A stretch of 64,000 bases of DNA, taken from an uncultured bacterium (GTDB lineage Bacteria > Krumholzibacteriota > Krumholzibacteriia > LZORAL124-64-63). How positions within the stretch are numbered: position 1 is the stretch's first letter; each line of letters starts with the position of its first letter. The notes under the pieces are model-generated. The model saw only the letters and a list, made by a program, of their open reading frames with translations, had not been told where the DNA came from and did no database searches. The translations under genes and the position numbers were made by a program. Location: contig CAVSGO010000006.1 in the NCBI GenBank assembly GCA_963727525.1, positions 32,001 through 96,000 of the forward strand, in the 5' to 3' direction. Below, one piece after another: positions 59,316-64,000 of the stretch.

Positions 59316-60881
59316 ATGGCGACCGATTCCTGGCTGCTCGACGTCTGGCGAGAAGCCTGCCAGCATCTTGACCTCGGCGAGCTGATCGCGCGGCTCGCCC
59401 CGCTCGTCAAATGCCGCTGGCCCGTGAGCGCGGTCGCCGTGGCGCGCCAGTCGCCCGACGCCAAGGTGATGGAACTTGTCGGCCCGCTTGGCGACGGCGA
59501 CGTCGCGGCGGACCAGCGCCGCGAGCTGACGTCTGCCGATTCCCGCTTGCTCGGCGCCTGGCTTGCACAGGGGCAGACGGAGATCATCGCGAACGACGGC
59601 CGGGTGCCGTCCGGTGTGGCCACGCTTCTGCCCGCTGCGTACACCCGGGCCGGTACCGTCATCGCGCCGCTCACCTCGTCCGATGAGGCGCGCGGGCTAC
59701 TCGTGGTCGTACCCGCGGATTCCGAGGCGCCGCACGGGGTGCTTCCGGCTGTCGAGCAGCTGCGGGCTCCGCTCGCCGCAGCCCTGGCGAACGACCGTCG
59801 GTTGCGTGAGCTGGTGGATCTGCGCCGGGCTGCCGAAGCCGATCGGCGATCCTTGCTCACGCGTCTCGGCCGCGACGAGTTGCTCGAGACCATCGTCGGC
59901 GCCGACGGCGGCCTGCGTGGTGTGATGGCACGCGTCGCCATGGTCGCGGCGTCGGACATACCGGTGCTGATCCTGGGCGAGACCGGTGCCGGCAAGGAGG
60001 TCGTGGCGCGCGCCGTGCACGCGCGGTCGCGACGCGCGCACGGGCCGTTCACGCGCGTGAACTGCGGTGCCATCCCGCCAGAGCTGGTGGATTCCGAACT
60101 CTTTGGCCACGAGAAGGGGAGCTTCACCGGCGCCATGTCCCGCCGCCGCGGCTGGTTCGAGCGCTCGGACCAGGGCACCCTGTTGCTCGACGAGGTCGGC
60201 GAACTGCCGAAAGCGGCGCAGGTGCGGTTGCTACGAGTGATCCAGGACGGCATGCTCCAGCGTGTGGGGGGGGAGTCGATGCTCCGGGTCGACGTGCGGA
60301 TCATCGCAGCCACCCATGCCGATCTTGCCGCCATGGTGCAGCGCGGCGAGTTTCGCGAGGACCTGTGGTACCGGCTCGCTGTTTTTCCGCTGGTGTTGCC
60401 TCCCCTGCGTGAACGGACCGAGGATATTCCCGACCTCGTTGCCATGCTCGCGCGACGCGCCTCGCGACGATTCGGCCTCAGGCCGCAGCGACCGACGGCT
60501 GCCGATCTCGCCCTGCTTGCGGCCTATCCGTGGCCGGGAAACGTCCGGGAACTGGGTTCGGTAATCGATCGTGCCGCCATCCTGGGCGATGGCAAGTGTC
60601 TGGATATCGCGAAGGCGCTCGGCAGCGGCGGTCCCGGCATGCACGCGGGGGCATGGGCGTCGTCGCCACGTGCGACGAGCGCGACGCCCGAGGCGCTCGC
60701 GTCGCTGGACGCGGCGATGGCTGCGCACATTCGCGCCGCCCTCATTGCCTGCGATGGTCGTATCGAGGGGGCGCAGGGCGCGGCCGTTCTCCTGTGCATC
60801 AACCCGCACACGCTGCGCGCGCGCATGCGAAAGCTCGGTCTCGAGTGGGCCCGATATCGGGTCCATCGATCCACAGGCTGA
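59316..60881 (+). CDS. sigma54-dependent transcriptional activator (bEBP) with GAF-like N-terminal domain
   Basis: Walker A GETGAGKE; ELFGHEKGSFTGA; LLDEVGE; WPGNVREL; C-terminal HTH. Confidence 0.95.
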   Translation: MATDSWLLDVWREACQHLDLGELIARLAPLVKCRWPVSAVAVARQSPDAKVMELVGPLGDGDVAADQRRELTSADSRLLGAWLAQGQTEIIANDGRVPSGVATLLPAAYTRAGTVIAPLTSSDEARGLLVVVPADSEAPHGVLPAVEQLRAPLAAALANDRRLRELVDLRRAAEADRRSLLTRLGRDELLETIVGADGGLRGVMARVAMVAASDIPVLILGETGAGKEVVARAVHARSRRAHGPFTRVNCGAIPPELVDSELFGHEKGSFTGAMSRRRGWFERSDQGTLLLDEVGELPKAAQVRLLRVIQDGMLQRVGGESMLRVDVRIIAATHADLAAMVQRGEFREDLWYRLAVFPLVLPPLRERTEDIPDLVAMLARRASRRFGLRPQRPTAADLALLAAYPWPGNVRELGSVIDRAAILGDGKCLDIAKALGSGGPGMHAGAWASSPRATSATPEALASLDAAMAAHIRAALIACDGRIEGAQGAAVLLCINPHTLRARMRKLGLEWARYRVHRSTG

Positions 60882-60947
60882 ACTCCCATGTTTTTTGTAA
60901 GTGATGTATGTCTTTATATTTACACGAATCGGCACATGCGATTTTAT

Positions 60948-60965
60948 TTGTTAAATTTTTAACCT
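60948..60965. promoter_or_regulatory. Candidate Rex operator upstream of the rnf operon
   Basis: TTGTTAA-ATTT-TTAACCT versus Rex consensus TTGTGAA-N4-TTCACAA, in an AT-rich intergenic region. Confidence 0.4.
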
Positions 60966-61029
60966 ATGACTAGGTTACATCACGAGCACGTTCCCTGAAC
61001 ACAGGCCGCACACGATGCGAGGTGGTCTC

Positions 61030-61503
61030 ATGACTTCTGACACGCCCTCCAATGGCGACCACTGGGAATGCATGGTCTGGGAGAAGCACCGGTACAATGA
61101 CCGTACTGTCATCAAATCCGGTTCCTATCTCCGCGCATCCTGTCCCTACTGCGCGGAATGTCTGATTGCCGAGGGCATGATCCGCCTCGCGTCCGTCTCG
61201 CGAGACGGGCGCAAGGGCTGGGTGGAACTGAGTCCGTACCTCAACGTCTTCGAGCGGCGCAGCGACATCCACCTTTCCGAGACCGCCGACTTTTCGGACC
61301 TGGTCTGTCCCCACTGCCACCGCTCGCTCAGGGTCCCGGAGCGCAAGTGCGGACGCGGCGATGCGAGCGTCGCCGTGGTGATGGTGGGCATCTCCACGAT
61401 CAACGTGCCCTTCTACTTCTGCATGCAGACGGGCTGCACATGGCACCTCATCGATCCAGAGGACGAGCACCGGATCATCCTGGACGACAGCCTGGAATGG
61501 TGA
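61030..61503 (+). CDS. Cys-rich (zinc-ribbon-like) hypothetical protein
   Basis: CPYC, CPHC and FCMQTGCTWH motifs; GAGGTGG RBS; first gene of the rnf operon. Confidence 0.7.
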   Translation: MTSDTPSNGDHWECMVWEKHRYNDRTVIKSGSYLRASCPYCAECLIAEGMIRLASVSRDGRKGWVELSPYLNVFERRSDIHLSETADFSDLVCPHCHRSLRVPERKCGRGDASVAVVMVGISTINVPFYFCMQTGCTWHLIDPEDEHRIILDDSLEW

Positions 61504-61507
61504 CGCG

Positions 61508-62161
61508 ATGCCCTTCGCTGGACGCGATGATCATGGTTCGCCGGTTCGCGGTCACGCTCGCAGCAATGCGGTGCTGATCGTCGTTGCGGTCGTGGCCGCC
61601 GCCGTCGCCGCCGGCGGATACTTGCGGGGGGCGCCGCCGCCGACGACTGATCGCATCTACCTGCGCAGCATCGGCGGCGCGGTTGTCTTCGGACATGCGG
61701 AGCACCAGGCTCGGGTCGCAAGCTGCCTGCCCTGCCACCATGAACTGATCCTGGGCGATCCGATCGCCTGCGCCACGTGCCACGATGCGGATGTCACGTT
61801 CGATCTGGCGTCGCATGACGAACTCGTGCAGATCGATGGCCACACCTGCGACGGCTGTCACGCGAGCGCAGATGCCACGGGTGCGCGCAACTGCCGCGCC
61901 TGCCATGCCTCTGAGGTCGAAGGCGCAACGAGCGTGCATGCCTGCAGCGATTGCCACGATGATGCGACATACGGGCCGGCGACGTTGCCGCACGCGAGTC
62001 TCGTGACCATCGAAGGACACAGTTGCGATGGGTGCCACACACCTCGCGCCCTTGCAGAAGCGTACCACGCGACCTGCAACGGCTGTCACCTGCGAGCCGC
62101 CCCGCAGCGATTCGCTGCAGCCGATGGTGGCGCGACGTGCGCAGCGTGCCACCTGAAGTGA
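61508..62161 (+). CDS. Membrane-anchored octaheme cytochrome c (c3-like), Rnf-associated
   Basis: Eight CXXCH motifs (CLPCH, CATCH, CDGCH, CRACH, CSDCH, CDGCH, CNGCH, CAACH); N-terminal hydrophobic anchor; c3-type V.F.H..H. Confidence 0.9.
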   Translation: MPFAGRDDHGSPVRGHARSNAVLIVVAVVAAAVAAGGYLRGAPPPTTDRIYLRSIGGAVVFGHAEHQARVASCLPCHHELILGDPIACATCHDADVTFDLASHDELVQIDGHTCDGCHASADATGARNCRACHASEVEGATSVHACSDCHDDATYGPATLPHASLVTIEGHSCDGCHTPRALAEAYHATCNGCHLRAAPQRFAAADGGATCAACHLK

Positions 62162-62177
62162 AACGCGGAGGTCGATC

Positions 62178-63482
62178 GTGAGCTTGCTCAACCTGTTCAA
62201 GACACCCGCGGCTCGCGTCCCCCGCGTGGCGCTCGGGTCCACGGCGATCGTCGACCTGCCCGATCCCGACCACGTGGTGATCCCCCTCGAGTATCCCGGT
62301 CAGATTCGCTTTCGACCCGCGGTCCAGGCCGGAGACTCCGTGGCGCGCGGGCAGGTGATCGGCCGTTCCGAACTGGGCAACTGCGTGCACGCCTCGATCA
62401 GCGGGCTGATCAAGGAGATCCGGACAATCTGGTCGGCTAGTGGCTACCACGTTCCGGCGGTCGTCATCACCCGCGGCGACGCACCCGCGCTCACACCCAC
62501 CGAGTGCCTCGGACAGTGCGGGCTCGATCTGGCCTCGGCGACACGCATCGCATTGCTCAAAGCGGGCGGTGTGATTTCCCCGTGGACCACGCCGGGCCAG
62601 GACCACCGAGAAGCGGACATCGGCGAGTTCCCGGACATCCAGCACATCGTCGTGAAGGGGCTGAACGAGGAGCCCACGATCGTAAATTTCGAGCTGCTCA
62701 TGGTGGAGGGAGCCGGCAGGCTGAAGGACGCGTTGCAACGGCTGTGCGATTTCGTGCCCCGCGCCACGATATGGTTGACGGTGGCGCGCCGCCTCGAGCC
62801 GTGGGCGCGCGAGACCTTCGAGGACCTCGTACGCGTGGTGGGCCTCGCCGAGGAGTATCGCCATCGCATCGAGCGGATGGTGGTGCCGCGCGTGACGGGC
62901 GTGGCCATTGCGAATACCGAGGCGTTCCGGTCGCGCGGTGTCGCCGTGCTCTCCGTCGAACACCTGCTGACCGCGGCCGATGCGCTTGCCGGCAAGCCAT
63001 TCACGCACAAGACGGCGACGATAGCCGGAGGCCTTCTGCGCGAGCCGGTGACCGTGCGCACACCGGTCGGAACGACGATCGGGACCTTGCTCGCGAGCCA
63101 GGGCATGAGCGCCGCCGACTACGGTCGTCTGATCGTCGGCGGCCCGATGCGCGGCATGACGCAGTATACCGACGAGACGCCGTTGAGCAAGTTCCAGCAC
63201 GGCGTATTGGTGATGGCAGCGTCCGAGCTGCCGGCGGAGCTGAACCGTACCTGTGTGAACTGCGGCCGCTGCACGCGCGCCTGTCCCGTGCACCTGCAGG
63301 TGCACCTCATCGGGCGTTGCGTGGAGTACAACCTGCTTGCCGAAGTGCCTTCGCGCCACCCAGAGGCCTGTCACGAGTGCGGGCTCTGCGCCTTCGTCTG
63401 TCCGGCTCATCGGCCCCTGGTGCAGATGATGAAGATCGCCAAGCGTGCGGGCGTGACCGAGACGAGCGAGGCGGTGGCATGA
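62178..63482 (+). CDS. rnfC: Rnf electron transport complex subunit C (divergent)
   Basis: RnfC N-domain (V..GD.V..GQ.IG...VHASISG); SLBB region with GGPMRG; two CxxCxxCxxxCP clusters. Confidence 0.88.
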   Translation: MSLLNLFKTPAARVPRVALGSTAIVDLPDPDHVVIPLEYPGQIRFRPAVQAGDSVARGQVIGRSELGNCVHASISGLIKEIRTIWSASGYHVPAVVITRGDAPALTPTECLGQCGLDLASATRIALLKAGGVISPWTTPGQDHREADIGEFPDIQHIVVKGLNEEPTIVNFELLMVEGAGRLKDALQRLCDFVPRATIWLTVARRLEPWARETFEDLVRVVGLAEEYRHRIERMVVPRVTGVAIANTEAFRSRGVAVLSVEHLLTAADALAGKPFTHKTATIAGGLLREPVTVRTPVGTTIGTLLASQGMSAADYGRLIVGGPMRGMTQYTDETPLSKFQHGVLVMAASELPAELNRTCVNCGRCTRACPVHLQVHLIGRCVEYNLLAEVPSRHPEACHECGLCAFVCPAHRPLVQMMKIAKRAGVTETSEAVA

Positions 63483-64000
63483 TCCCGACGATCATCGACA
63501 CGCGGCCGGCGACCGACCAGGCGCCCAGGAACGATCGCGACGCTCAGCACGACCACAAGCTGAGCGTAGCCGAGGGGCCGCACTGGCACGACGGCAGTTC
63601 GCTCACGCGGACACAGATTCTCTGGCTTATGGCGCTGCTTCCCGCGGGCGTGGCGAGCGGCGTCATGCTCGGCGCACCGGCGTTGCGGGTGATGGCGCTG
63701 GCGGTCGCGGCCGCGATCGCCTTCGATGCCCTCGCCAACCGCGTGATGTCCCTGCCGGATGCCACCTCGAACGGCAGCAGCATCACTCTCGGCCTGCTGC
63801 TCGCCTTTCTCCTGCCGGTCGACGCGCCGTGGTGGTTGGTGGTCGTGGGCTGTTTCCTGACCATCGTGATCGGCAAGAAGCTCTTCGGTGGCTGGGGCGG
63901 CTATCCCGTGCATCCGGTGGCGCTGAGCTACGCGATGCTCGTCGTGTCGTGGCCAGCGCGGATGGACGTCACGGCGTCGCTCGTGCACGCGACCTGGCGC
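63479..64000 (+). CDS. rnfD: Rnf electron transport complex subunit D, 3'-truncated by window edge
   Basis: My translation from the ATGA overlap gives ...GPHWHDG...ALLPA...GSSITLGLLLAFLLP...GKKLFGGWGGYPVHPVAL, an RnfD/NqrB pattern. Confidence 0.9.
   Translation, partial: MIPTIIDTRPATDQAPRNDRDAQHDHKLSVAEGPHWHDGSSLTRTQILWLMALLPAGVASGVMLGAPALRVMALAVAAAIAFDALANRVMSLPDATSNGSSITLGLLLAFLLPVDAPWWLVVVGCFLTIVIGKKLFGGWGGYPVHPVALSYAMLVVSWPARMDVTASLVHATWR

Overview
High-GC bacterial window. Seven secreted proteins end in a FlgD-Ig/'PNPFNP'-type C-terminal domain and one ends in a TWGxVKxLYR tail, which suggests the FCB group (Krumholzibacteriota/Latescibacterota-like; inference). Contents in order: an operon of two FlhA/SctV (FHIPEP) cytoplasmic-domain proteins (the complete one has no membrane domain) with three unknown genes; secreted hydrolases and adhesins; pirin, methyltransferase and DinB genes; an aquaporin and a POT transporter; an ECF sigma factor/Ser-Thr kinase pair; a TPM pair; a cNMP-DUF4388 gene divergent from a helical-protein/HD-GYP pair; an FGE-like/sulfatase/anSME operon; speA and uup; a CDF transporter; Rrf2 with a 4Fe-4S membrane protein; a type III PKS; a Crp/Fnr regulator; a sigma54-type sbp-cysTWA operon (sbp frameshifted) with its divergent enhancer-binding protein; and the start of an rnf operon led by an octaheme cytochrome. 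Two inverted copies of a ~178-bp MITE-like element with TIRs, 5-bp target duplications and a nested hairpin lie at 11819-11996 and 49679-49857. No rRNA, tRNA or CRISPR array was recognised. Start codons were chosen by eye from RBS-like motifs and family knowledge; no database searches were run.
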